A stretch of 64,000 bases of DNA from the NCBI GenBank assembly GCA_964016885.1, contig OZ024748.1, forward strand, positions 31,124,001 through 31,188,000. Direction: 5' to 3'. The notes under the pieces are model-generated. The model did not search any database. It was not told where the DNA came from and was given only the letters and a program-made list of their open reading frames with translations. The stretch is from Eledone cirrhosa (Eukaryota). Below are positions 42,850-55,810 of the stretch, piece after piece. The position numbers and the translations under genes were made by a program. The number at the start of each line of letters is the position of its first letter. Within the stretch, counting starts at the first letter, position 1.

Positions 42850-43269
42850 AGAACTGGTCATTCCGTATTGTCAATCCTGCTAGGGCTAGATCGTATAACG
42901 GAAATAAAAGACCATGTGACCTCTGTGCCGCTGAGGCCCTGGAAATACTCTACGCCACAGACCACATCTTAAACAAAAACTCTGAGGCAATTTCGGCTTG
43001 TAAACATAAATTGCACAAAACTTTCCTGTATTACAGCCCCACGTTATACCCTAACGGATAGTACGATCTATACGTGGATATTTTACGTCTTGATATGGGA
43101 GCTAAGTATATGTTTTGTTTATACCATTACTTATTTGCATAGCGAACGTTTCCACGAACCAAAGTATCGTCTTCCTGTCTTCCTCCGGTTGCAACGTTTT
43201 TTGAAATATCCACTTCTGTGTTTAGGGTGAAAGCAGCGATTCTTTGCTTAAACTTTAATCTGTTATTTT

Positions 43270-43275
<6 letters not shown>
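42850..43275 (+). mobile_element. Hydra-type PLE 3' fragment (EN C-terminus + tail) between (TA)n tracts
   Basis: Translates SYNGNKRPCDLCAAEALEILYATDHILNKNSEAISACKHK; too short for the ORF track. Confidence 0.75.
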
Positions 43276-43311
<36 letters not shown>

Positions 43312-43366
43312 CGAAGGAAATGTGGTAAGGAACCAGGTGGACCATAACGCACCAAAGTACTCAATA

Positions 43367-44372
43367 TTAGGGTATTTTTACGGAAGTACCTGGTCTTTCT
43401 ACTATCTTAATATTGAGTTTATGTTTATCTAGGGCCCTTCTAAATTTATCTAGGGCCCTAGATAAACATAAACTCAATATTAAGATAGTAGAAAGACCAG
43501 GTACCTCCGTAAAAACACTTATTAGCAAGACATACCCTTTCCAAAGATCCCCCTGTATAGATAAGAAATGTATAACCTGTAAAATAAGCCCCCATATTAA
43601 CTGTAAAACTAGAAATGTAGTGTATAGCATAAGATGTACTGAAGGACAATGTAGAGACAAAAATATAGTGTACATAGGTGAGACAGCTCGTAGTGTAGGG
43701 GAACGGATAAATGAACAATGGTGAGACCTTCAAGAATCATCTGTACTCTACCAACATGCTAAAATAGAACATAAGGGTAAATTAGAGAACATAGAAATAA
43801 AAATAGAATCTACACACAGAAAAGACGCAATGTTTAGACAAATCACAGAGGCAATAAACATAAAAGAATTACAACCAAAATTAAATAGAAAATATGAGTG
43901 GAACAGCAACATCACAACTTACAATTAAGGACAAAATGAAAACACACACGCACATAGAACAAACAACCAACCGGTAACATGTAAATAAACAAATAAATAA
44001 ACAAATATAAACACACACAGACACCCGGATGTGGCGCATGCGCAGACTGAGCACACAACACACACAGAAACAAAATGGCGTAGGACAGAACAAAGGAGAG
44101 GCACAAAAACAAAGAAAAGAATCCCCAGTCACTGCAGAGGTCACAGAATGTGTGACGAAAGAACTTTGACAATATATAAACAACTATCTGGTTGTGGAAC
44201 CAACCAACCAACCAGAAATTTATAAATTCCTAAATTTATAAATTGATTATAATAAATTGAAGTGAAAGCAACTGGTGCGTGTGTTTCTTATTGGCAACAT
44301 GACCCTCCCAAAGTATAACAATATCGGTTTCAACACACGATTTCAGAATCTTGCTAAACAAATTCAGAAACG

Positions 44373-44375
<3 letters not shown>
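43367..44375 (+). mobile_element. 5'-truncated Neptune/Nematis-like PLE (Cys linker + GIY-YIG + 3' UTR) with 5' foldback
   Basis: CIDKKCITC..CKTRNVVYSIRC..YIGETARSVGER; homologous to 61720-62200(-). 43375-43437 is an inverted copy of 43453-43515. Confidence 0.88.
44128..44170 (+). ncRNA. Minimal type I hammerhead ribozyme motif with one core substitution
   Basis: GTCA-CTGCAGA-G-GTCACA(GAATG)TGTGAC-GAAA-GAACTT-TGAC. Stems I and II pair; core is CUGCAGA instead of CUGANGA. Confidence 0.65.
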
Positions 44376-44439
<64 letters not shown>

Positions 44440-44449
<10 letters not shown>

Positions 44450-46263
44450 GATAAATATACAGTACATAGTATAATTGAAGTACATAATATATAAAAATAA
44501 GATAAAAATGAATTATATTACGATTTGGAAATATATTCTTACAATTATAAGCAATATAATTTTAAAGCAATGCAATTTTAAAAAATATTAGAGAATATTT
44601 TAAGATATAATTTCAAAATATAATTTTAAAATATGAATATGTCTAAAAAAAATCCAGTATAAAAAAATTTTAATTATAACACTCAGTATGATCAACATAA
44701 TTTTATAACTATATGGGAAATTTTCAAAGAAAAAGAAAGAGAAACTTACAAAAGAGAAACTTTCAAAAATAGGAGATACTTTTCAAAGAAAAAAATTTCT
44801 CCTTTTAAAAGCCTTCAGTATGTTTATCTAGAAAAATTTTCTGGGAAAAAATTTATTTTATATTTGAGAGTTTAAACAGTCAAATGAAGGAATCTAATGA
44901 TTTATCGATAGGTTCAATATATTAATAGAATTAATTATATATTACATTCAAAATTTATATTTAAACGTTGAGTTCAATCTATGTCTGCAGCAACTGAAGA
45001 GTTTGCTTCTTATATTCATGGAATATTTGCTTTTTAATATAAAGAATATTTCCTCTATACAAAGATCACAATTTTCTGAAGAGGAGTTAAAAGGAGTAGC
45101 TTTTGAAATAATATTCCAAAGAAACGAATATCTAACGTTCTTTAATTTGAGGTCACATAATAAGCTAGAAAGAGAAGTTGAAGATTTTTTGTTTAAATGC
45201 GTAAAAGAGCTTTTATGGTTATTAAAACGAGATTTAAAATCTGTGGAAGTAGATCCTACATAATTAAATGAATTTAAATTAGTTATTAAGTTACAATTAT
45301 ATACTATATTTTTAGCTAAGCAATTGTTATTTAACGGACAATTAGATTTATTTCTAGAGTTACATTTATCAAATAGGATATTGCTGGGGTAATTAGTGGT
45401 ATTTTTGTTAAGTTTTAAATTTCTATTATTAATTCTATTAATATTCTGCGCTAAGTTAATTTTATAGTATGTCTATTAAAAATTGAGTAATATCTATGTG
45501 TTCTAGGGAAGCATTTGTCAAGAGCTTTAAAGAATAGTTTAACAATAGGAGTTTTAATATTTAATGACAAAGGAGGAGCGAACCATAATATATTCCTAGT
45601 TCTATTTCTTTTTTTGTTTTCCGAATTATTGGAAGGTTTTCTATTATAGATGTTAAAATTGTTATGATTATGGTTAGTTGTTATATTATTATTATCAATG
45701 AATTTAATTTTATTTCTATATCCAGCTCTACCTAAGGCTTCGTTGTAATAATGGGCTTTATCATCAAATATATTCTTATTAGCTGAAATTCTAGAAATGC
45801 GTTGCTGTACAGATTTCACTATAGAATTTCTAACGGATCTGGGGTGATTAGAGTTAAAATTAACGTAGTTTAAGTTCCCGTTTAGTTTGTGAAATGGTTA
45901 AGGAAGTCATACGTTAAGGTTTAATGTTACATCTAGAAAATTAACTATTTTATAGTTATTCTCTATTTCTACTTTTAGATTAAGGTAATTAAAAAATTGT
46001 ATAATTTCTTTTCTTTTCCTATTTAATTCACAGTTATTATTTTCGATAAGTAAAAGCATGTCGTCACGATATAAACCTCCGGTCATCTCAGGTATTTTTC
46101 TATGTAGAGAAGTATTTATAAAGAGGCCCACAAGATCGGAATCAGATGATCCCATAGTGATATCGAAATTATTGTTTATATCTGCTCTAGTCCAGACTTG
46201 GTTGTTAAATTCTATTAATGTTTTCCGTGCCGTTAAGATAATGTGCATTTCATTACTAGTTAC
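44440..46263 (-). mobile_element. Hydra-type PLE, inverted partial copy
   Basis: GGLYRDDML RT motif and WFAPPLS..KLT. Reverse complement of ~47198-49075. Confidence 0.9.
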
Positions 46264-46459
46264 TAATACAACAAATTAAGGAATTATCTTATTTAAAATT
46301 ATGGAAAGGAACTAATGAAGTTATCGAATGGTTTAAGGAAATTAAATATAACTATAATAATAAGTTTATTCAGTTGGATATTGCTAATTATTACTCATCC
46401 ATCACTCCTAATCTACTTTATAAAGAACTAACATATGCATTTAAACAGACTTAACTAGA

Positions 46460-49075
46460 CTTTATTAAACAATTAATAGAAAAATCCAACTCTTTTATGA
46501 GAAGAATCTGGTGTAAATGAGAATGTTTCCAATCTTGATAAAATCTTCAAATCTAAAAGAAATCCACCCCCCAACAAACTACTAATGGATTTTGAAAGTA
46601 AAATCATATCTATTATCCAAAGCATCAAATTCAAAAACAACTTCAAAGGCCAGGATTACCTAAGAAATATCAAAAATAATATTGAAAACTTGGAGAAAAC
46701 GGAAAAAATTCTAGTCAAGTCAGACAAAACCAATAATCTTTACGGAATACAAAAGGACATCTATAACGATCTTATATTAAAGGAATTAAGGAAGAAATAC
46801 AAAATAACAACTTATGACGACCTTGAAAAATTGAATACAGATGCCTCTTATATAATGCATGAATTAGGCATTGAAAATAGGACACAAACCTTCATGCCAA
46901 GGAAACCTAAAATGAAGGACCATAAAAGGAACTTTGAAATTGAATTACGTCAGATTAATTGCACCATCGGACCCTGGCATACTTAGCAAGAATATTTTAG
47001 ACAGAATAATACCACAAATTAAGGAATTATCTTATTTAAAATTATGGAAAGGAACTAATAAAATGATCGAATGGTTTAAGGAAATTAAATATAACTATAA
47101 TAATAAGTTTATTCAGTTGGATATTGTTAATTATTACTCATCCATCACTCCTAATCTACTTAACAAAGCACTAACATATGCATTTAAACATACATACTTA
47201 ACTAGTAATGAAATGCACATTATCGTAACGGCACGGAAAACATTAACCAACTCTGGACTAGAGCAGATAGAAACAATAATTTCGATATCATTATGGGATC
47301 ACCTGAATCCGCTCAGGTAACGGATCTTGTGGGCCTCTTTATAAATAATTCTCTACATAGAAAAATACTTGAGATGACCGGAGGTTTATATCGTGACGAC
47401 ATGCTTTTGCTTATCGAAAATAATAACTGTGAATTAAATAGGAAAAGAAAAGAAATTATACAATTTTTTAATTACCTTAATCTAAAAGTAGAAATAGAGA
47501 ATAACCATAAAATAGTTAATTTTCTAAATGTAACAATAAACCTTAACACATGCCTTCATTATCCTTTTCACAAAATAAACGAGAACTTAAACTACGTTAA
47601 TTTTAACTCTAATCACCCCAGATCCGTTAAAAATACTATAGTGAATTATGTACAGCAACGCATTTCTAGAATTTCAGCTAATAAGAATATATTTGATGAT
47701 AAAGCACATTATTACAACGAAGCCTTAGGTAGAGCTGGATATAGAAATAAAATTAAATACATTGATAATAATAATATAACAACTAACCATAATCCTAACA
47801 ATTTTAACAACTATAATAGACAACCTTATAATAATTCGTAAAACAAAAAAAGAAATAGAACTAGGAATATATTATGGTTCGGTCCTCCTTTCTCATTAAA
47901 TATTAAAACTCCTATTGCTAAACTATTCTTTAAAGCTCTTGACAAATGCTTCCCTAGAACACATAGATATTACTCAATTTTTAATAGACATACTATAAAA
48001 TTAACTTATTCATCCACCAAAAACTTAGCGCAGAATATTAATAGAATTAATAATAGAAATTTAAAACCTAACCAAAATACCACTAATAACCCCAGCAATA
48101 TCCAATTTGATAAATGTAACTCTAGAAATAAATCTAATTGTCCGTTAAATAACAATTGCTTAGCTAAAAATATAGTATATAATTGCAACGTAATAACTAA
48201 TTTAAATTCATTTAATTATGTAGGATCTACTTCCACAGATTTTAAATCTCGTTTTCATAACCATAAAAGCTCTTTTACGCATTTAAACAAAAAATCTTCA
48301 ACTTCTCTTTCTAGCTTATTATGTGACCTCAAATTAAATATTGAGGTCACGTTAAATATTCGTTTCTTTGGAATATTATTTCAAAAGCTACTCCTTTTAA
48401 CTCCTCTTCAGAATATTGTGATCTTTGTAAAGAGGAAATATTCTTTATATTAAAAAGCAAAAATTCCCTGAATATAAGAAACAATCTCTCCAGTTGCTGC
48501 AGACATAGATTGAACTCAACGTTTAAATATAAATTTTAAATGTAATATATAATTAATTCTATTAATATATTGAACCTATCGATAAATCATTAAATCCTTC
48601 ATTTGACTGCTTAAACTCTCAAATATAAAATAAATTTTTCCCCAGAAAATTTTTCTAGATAAACATACTGAAGGCTTTTAAAGGGGGAAAATATTTTCTT
48701 TGAAAAGTTTCTCCTGTTTTTGAAAGTTTCTCCTATTTTTGAAAGTTTCTCTTTTGAAAGTTTCTCTTTCTTTTTCTTTGAAAATTTCCCATATAGTTAT
48801 AAAATTATGTTGAACATACTGAGAGTTAAATATTTTATTAACAAAATTAAAATTTTATTACTGGTTTATTTTTAGACATATTCTTATTTTAAAATTATAT
48901 TTTGAAATTATATCTTAAAATTTTCTCTAATATTTTTAAAAATTGTATTGCTTTAAAGTTATATTGCTTATAATTGTAAGAATATATTTCAAAATCGTAA
49001 TATAATTCATTTTTATCTAATTTTTATATATTATGTACTGCAATTATACTATGTACTGTATATGTATCTCTCTCT
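46460..49075 (+). mobile_element. Hydra-type PLE (RT + GIY-YIG), frameshifted
   Basis: KSDKTNNLY, FIQLDIVNYY, MGSPESAQVTDLVGL and YRDD, then CPL..IVYNC..YVGSTS..CDLC..CCRH across frames. Confidence 0.92.
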
Positions 49076-49176
49076 ATATATATATCTTACTGGTTCCTAT
49101 TACCCACTCTACTACCCCAAGTATTGAGTACTTTGGTGCGTTATGGTCCACCTGGTTCCTTACCACATTTCCTTCG

Positions 49177-49243
<67 letters not shown>

Positions 49244-49349
49244 AGAGAGAGAGATATGTATATATATATGATGCATATCTACCTGTATGTGTATCTATGT
49301 CTATGTGTATATATGTGGGAGTTGTGTGTATATATATATATATGCATAC

Positions 49350-50428
49350 AATTCAAATGCACTAGGTTATAAGGGGTTCCTTAAGGTTCGTGATAAACAA
49401 ACTTATATAATAACAGTCACAACTACATAACAGGTGGATTTAGTAAATATAAAATTCATAATATAAGGTTTGTATTATCACATAAGGTTTCTATAATCTT
49501 AAATCTCCTTTGTTATCTTGACATTTATAACATTTAATATAAGTAAATAACTTAATTTCCATCGTGCTGTTTTGCTATTACATAAAAATGTTTTTCTCCG
49601 GGTTTTTTTCTCTGGTTTCTCCGAAAAATCTATGAGTTTAGGAAAATTCCTATATCTTATACATAAAAAGTACTTTATTATATCTATGTGTATGGTATGT
49701 GTAGGTATATATATATATTTATATGTATATGTATATATATATGCCTATGTATATATATGAATATATTCTTTTAATAATATAGGGGTTTTAATAATATATA
49801 GATTTTTTTATAATATATAGATCTCAAATTTTAATGTATAGATCTCAATAATGTGATGGATAATTTAATTGATAAACTAAACATTTAATCATATTTAAAC
49901 ACTGGTTAAATTTCCATTCACGCTTATTTACTTTACCCATCCAATAAATATTTATTTTTTCACTTCATCTTAAAAGTTATGCTAATACAACAACCTATCA
50001 CTTAGGGCTTTCTCTTTCTCTTTCTATTTTCTCTTTTCTTTTTTCTTCTCTTTCTCTTTCTCTTTTTCTTGTTTTCTTATTTTCCTCTTAAAGTTTGCTT
50101 TTTTCTCTTTTTTCTCTTTTTTCTCTTTTTTCTCTTTTTTCTTTTTTTCTCTTTCCCTTTGTCCATACCCCAACGGCTTATTTTAAAAAATATCCGACAC
50201 TAATTTGCATAATAGTATAAATAAATTTATAACCCCACTATCCGGGAGCTTCCAACAGAAATGGTCGCATTCTTTAACTTGGTGTCCTTGAAATATGTAT
50301 AATGAAATAAATATGGTTTTATAAATATTGTTTCCATTTGTTAATATATCGTATTTTTACTCCAATAATTTGTTGAGTGCTTTATATCAGTTCTAAAAAA
50401 TATTTCCCAACAATTTAAATAGAACTTC

Positions 50429-50430
<2 letters not shown>
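49350..50430 (+). mobile_element. Probable non-coding PLE 3' region, tail-to-tail with the next element
   Basis: Its last ~140 bp are a diverged reverse complement of 50490-50645. Left boundary uncertain. Confidence 0.5.
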
Positions 50431-50487
<57 letters not shown>

Positions 50488-50489
<2 letters not shown>

Positions 50490-50990
50490 GGAAAGTTATA
50501 TTTAAATTGTTGGGTTAACAACGAGTAAATATTTATAACTGATATAAAAGCACTCAACAAGTATTTGGAGTATATTTATGATATTAAATAAATGGAAACT
50601 ATATTTATAAAACCATATTTATTTCGTTATATATATTTCAGGGATATCATATTAACAATATGTTATGCCTTCTTCAGACAAAATACAATATAAACAGTCT
50701 TATAAATAAATAGATACGACATACCTTTCAATCACCTTGCATTTGGGAGGTTGATTTGGCAGTAAAAAATATTGTGGACAGTTGTAAAAAGAAAGAGATA
50801 AAGAGAGAAAGAAAGAGAAACGAAGAAAAAGAAGAAATGCATGTGACTAAATAGAGAGATATAGAAAGATAGATAAAGAGAAGAACTTCATGTAAAGAAA
50901 CAGAGAGAAATATATATAGAGAGAGGAAAAAAGAAAGAGATAGATAGAGATAGATAGAGAAACTTGGAAGTTGAGTATCGGTTGATACAT

Positions 50991-51021
<31 letters not shown>

Positions 51022-52770
51022 GCTCTAGTATTAATGTAAAGAGAGATGTATGTAGTTAAGAGAGAAAATAGCCGTTATATAGAGAGAAAAAAGAGAAAAT
51101 GAAAAAGAGAAAATGAAACATAACCAGACATAAACGATGCAGAATTTAAAACCGCTATGTTTTATCCCGTAGAAAATATTAGTTCGTATAAAACAGGCAT
51201 TATAATGTAAATACCAGTATTCATGAATGAGACATGTATCTATAATGTGTGAAAAGTAATGATCTTATGTCTAGTTTTTAAAAATTCATATGTTTATATC
51301 ATAATTATAAACAAACTCCCAATTCACACGAAAACATTCTCATTGTGCTATAAAAATTCAAGTATACATATATGTGTGTATATATACACATATATATAGA
51401 GTCTATATTAATTTTAACAATACTATTCTTGTCTTTATTCTACATGATTGTCGATCAAGCAGAAATAGAGAACAGATTTCAATATATTAATAAAAATAAA
51501 AATAAAAATATCAGAGACAAGAAAATAAATAAATAAACAGAAAACTAAAACATTTAATATTAAAAATAAAAAATATTACAAAATATTAAAAAATATTAAA
51601 AAATAATACAAATAAAACACAGAGATCAGCCTTTCAAAGTTAATTGACAATATATTGCCAAGATCATCATAAGCATCAGAGTCGAAACAGATAAAACAAA
51701 AATTGTTTACCAAATCCTGTCTAGCAGAAATCATTCCAAAAGTTTAGGATACCCATTTGGTCTACATATGTTCTTATATTTAATATAGAAGTTTATCTAG
51801 TTTAAAATTTAATTCGATATATTTGGAGCATCAGCTTTTAGGGTAGTTTAATTATTCATGAAGAATGTTTTAATAAAAAGAATGTTTTAATAAAAAGAAG
51901 AAATCGAAAGATTTATCGGCTAGTTTCATAAATAATTACAAATCAAATCAAACATAACTACATTTTAAATTTAAATTTATATTTAAACGTTGAGTTCAAT
52001 CTATGTCTGCAGCAACTAAATAAATTTGTCCGTAGATTAAGGGAATTTTTAGATTTTAGTATAAAGAATATCTCCTCCGCACAGAGGTCACATGTCTCAG
52101 AGGATGAATTAAAAGGAATGCCCCTTGAAACTATATTCCAAGTCGTCGAATATCTAACGTTATCATGCCTAAGTTGCCAGAGTACGCCTGATAGTGCTGT
52201 TGAAGATTTTTTGGATGGATCTGTGAAAGAATTCTTGTGGTTGTTATAGCGAAGTTTAAATTCCGTCGATGTAGAACCAACGTAGTTAAAAGAATTAACG
52301 TCCGTTTTAACATTACAGTTGTATATTATATTTTTAACTAAGCAGTTGTTATTTAACGGACATTTAGATCTATCTCTACAGTTACATTTGTTAACTTGGA
52401 TATTATTTATGCTATTATCGCTAGGTTTTAAGTTCCTGTTATTTATTCTATTAATATTTTGCGCTAAATTTTTGGTGGATGAGTAGGTTAGTTTTATAGT
52501 ATGTCTATTGAAAATTGAGTGATACCTATGTGTTCTAGGGAAGCGATTATCGAGAGCTTTAAAAAATAGTTTAACAATGTGGGTTTTAATGTTTAGTGAG
52601 AAAGGAGGGGGGGGCAAACCATATTATATTCCTAGTTCTATTTCTTTTATGGCTTTTGGAATTATTGTAATGCTTTCTATTATAGTTGTTAAGGTTGTGG
52701 CCATAATTAAAATAGATGTTATTTTGTTTAATTTGTTTATCATTATCTATGTACATAATTTTATCACTAT
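50488..52770 (-). mobile_element. 5'-truncated Hydra-type PLE with intact EN ORF (51958-52617) and ~1.45-kb 3' UTR
   Basis: CNCRDRSKCPL..IIYNC..YVGSTSTEFKLRYNNH..CDLC..CCRH; (TA)n on both sides. Confidence 0.92.
50620..50685 (-). ncRNA. Type I hammerhead ribozyme with complete core
   Basis: Minus strand TATTTTGT-CTGAAGA-AGG...CCT-GAAA-TATATA-TA-ACGAAATA: 8-bp stem I (one G-U), stem II, palindromic minimal stem III, AUA cleavage triplet. Confidence 0.8.
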
Positions 52771-52774
52771 ACAT

Positions 52775-52916
<142 letters not shown>

Positions 52917-52920
52917 ATAT

Positions 52921-52964
<44 letters not shown>

Positions 52965-52978
52965 TATATATATATATG

Positions 52979-53307
<329 letters not shown>

Positions 53308-53311
53308 TATT

Positions 53312-53343
<32 letters not shown>

Positions 53344-53396
53344 AATATATTTATATATAAATATATATAAATATGTATATATATAAATATATATAT

Positions 53397-54337
53397 TGAA
53401 CAGGGACAGAACAGAGAGGCAGTACGATAAATGTTTATTAAATTCACGCTCAGGAGAGTGGGGGGTAGGTGGGGGACGACGTTTCGGGCATAAGCCCTTC
53501 TTCAGGTGAGAAGTGTGTGGGAACAGAGTTCAAAAGGTGTGTAGGGGAGTGGTGGAGAGACATATAGCGAAAGGAAACGGTGCGAATGAAAAATTAACAA
53601 ATAAAGACAAAAATATAATAAATAATAAATAAAAATAAAGCATGATCAAAATACAAGGAATGAGAAAATTTAAAAATAAAGGCATGATCAAAATAAACTG
53701 AAATTAAAAGGGGGGTAAACAGGTGGTGGAAGGGTGTGGGGTGAGTAGGGGTGGTGGCGGGTGGAGTGGGGAGAGGGAGACGGGGTGTCCGAGCGGGGAG
53801 GGCTGAAGGTGGTGTGTGTGGTTAGGTGTGCGTGTGTGTGTGTGTGTGTATGTGAAAGTGAGGGTTGGGGGAAGAACGGGGTTGCATGTTCAGGAAGGTG
53901 TGTGTGGGGGGTGTTTTTGTGGGTCGGAGGGTCTGTGCGTGTGTGGGGGGGGAGAGGAATCAGGAGGCTGAGGGTGTAAATATGTGGTGGGACGCACGTG
54001 TGTGTGGTTTAAGCGTGTTGTGGGTGTGGGTGGCGTGTGGATAACATTTTTTTTGGGGGGGGGTGAGTTATATAGGTGATGGTGTAAGAGGATGGTTGAA
54101 AAGTTGGTAAGTTACACGGATGTTTGGAGATTTTGGTTAGAAGTCAATATCGCGTGTGGGTAATCCAAGAAGCGGTGGTCGGAAGAGGAGAGATGTGGGG
54201 TGCGCGCGCAACAGGAAGTGGTCAGCAGTGGGAGTGCTGTGGTCAGTTGGTGCTGAGACAGTGGTCAGAAGGGCATAGCAGCAGTCGGCGGAATGGTAGG
54301 GAGGCGAGGATGGATAGGTGTGAGAGTTGGAGTGAGG

Positions 54338-54368
<31 letters not shown>

Positions 54369-54985
54369 ATTAGTAGGGGTGTTAGTGGGATGAGTGAGTG
54401 TGGAGCGGGGAGAGAAGGGTGTGTGTGGTTCTATGGAGGGAGTGTGGTGTACTGGTGTGTGTGTAGTTTGGTGAAGAGGTGTTAGTGGGTGTTAGTATAC
54501 GGGAGGTGGGGAGGGGTGGAATGCAGGTGTGAGTGGGGGTTAGTGGGGGTAGGGTGTGTAGAGTTGGTGGTGTACGAGGGTGTGTGGGTACGTGTGCGTG
54601 GGGTTGGAGGGTGTTAGTGATGTTAGTTGCGTGTGGGGTGGTTGGTGTAAGTGGGTGCGTGTGATAAGGAGGGGGAGGAGGAGAAGAGGGGAGGGAAGGG
54701 ATGTTAGTATGTTAGTTGGGGAAGGGTGGTCAGATGAGGGGTGGAGTGGAGGTGTTAGTATTGTTAGTGTGGGGTGGGCGGTGAAAAGGAGGGGTGTGTT
54801 AGTGGTGTTAGTGGGGGATAAGTGTGTGAGGAGGGGGGCGGTCGAACGCTAAAGGAATAAGGGTGGGGAGTTCAGGCCGGGGGGAGTGTGGGTCTGTAAG
54901 ATGAAGATAGTGCGTTGTTCGACCGTAAGGCGATGGGCGGGTGTTCCGTGGCACTGGAGTAGGCCACAGACTGTGAGATGGCGTG

Positions 54986-54989
<4 letters not shown>
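53397..54989 (-). mobile_element. 5'-truncated Neptune-type PLE: last EN codons + long C-rich 3' UTR
   Basis: [33 protein letters not shown] is a PLE GIY-YIG C-terminal signature. Hammerhead motif and AATAAA near the 3' end; (TA)n on both sides. Confidence 0.8.
53474..53510 (-). ncRNA. Minimal hammerhead ribozyme motif
   Basis: Minus strand CAC-CTGAAGA-A-GGGC(TTAT)GCCC-GAAA-CGTC-GTC. Palindromic ACGT stem III; stem I weak. Confidence 0.7.
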
Positions 54990-55069
<80 letters not shown>

Positions 55070-55083
55070 TATATAATATATAT

Positions 55084-55136
<53 letters not shown>

Positions 55137-55388
55137 AATAAATATATATATATATATCCAGACCACTGTGCTACACCATTACACCAATACACATCCCATC
55201 TCCTTCCATTCGAATTATAAGCTATGAACTTAGCAAGCAAATTATAAACGTAAACATGTAAGTATGTTTTTGAAACGGTGCGTGAGTTTGCAATTAGAAA
55301 TTAGAAATTATAAGCTTTCACCGTATTTTAGACTAACGAAATTTCTAGCCTGATAGTGGGGTTTATAACCCTCGGACAAATGGAAAAA

Positions 55389-55454
<66 letters not shown>

Positions 55455-55550
55455 TTGGAAAGTCACTGACGAAGGACTATTTTTATCATATGTAATCCAT
55501 GTGCAGCCACGCAGTATTCCTTCGTCTCATGTTTTATATATATATATATA

Positions 55551-55583
<33 letters not shown>

Positions 55584-55810
55584 TTCTATATATATATAAA
55601 TATAGTATTAATTATACTATTTATGGTTATGCAAATACAAAAACCTTTTGCAGTTATATATATTTTTATATAAACCCTAAATAGTGGTAGGCAGTAATAT
55701 ATTACTACCTTATTACCAGTAAGCTAAATAGCTCAATGTAAAAACATCAGATGATTTACAGAGCAGTTATATGAATTATAAGAATCAAAGAACTGTTCAA
55801 AACATTTTTT

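Noticed and set aside
48665-48700. Hammerhead in the tail of the Hydra-type inverted pair
   Set aside because: CTGAAGG core is non-canonical and the stems are not conserved between the two arms.
53761-54852. G/V/W-rich plus-strand ORFs
   Set aside because: Low-complexity antisense of a PLE 3' UTR.
55462-55527. GTCACTGACGAAGGAC half-hammerhead with a 9-bp inverted repeat
   Set aside because: No GAAA core after the stem; cannot be completed from this sequence.
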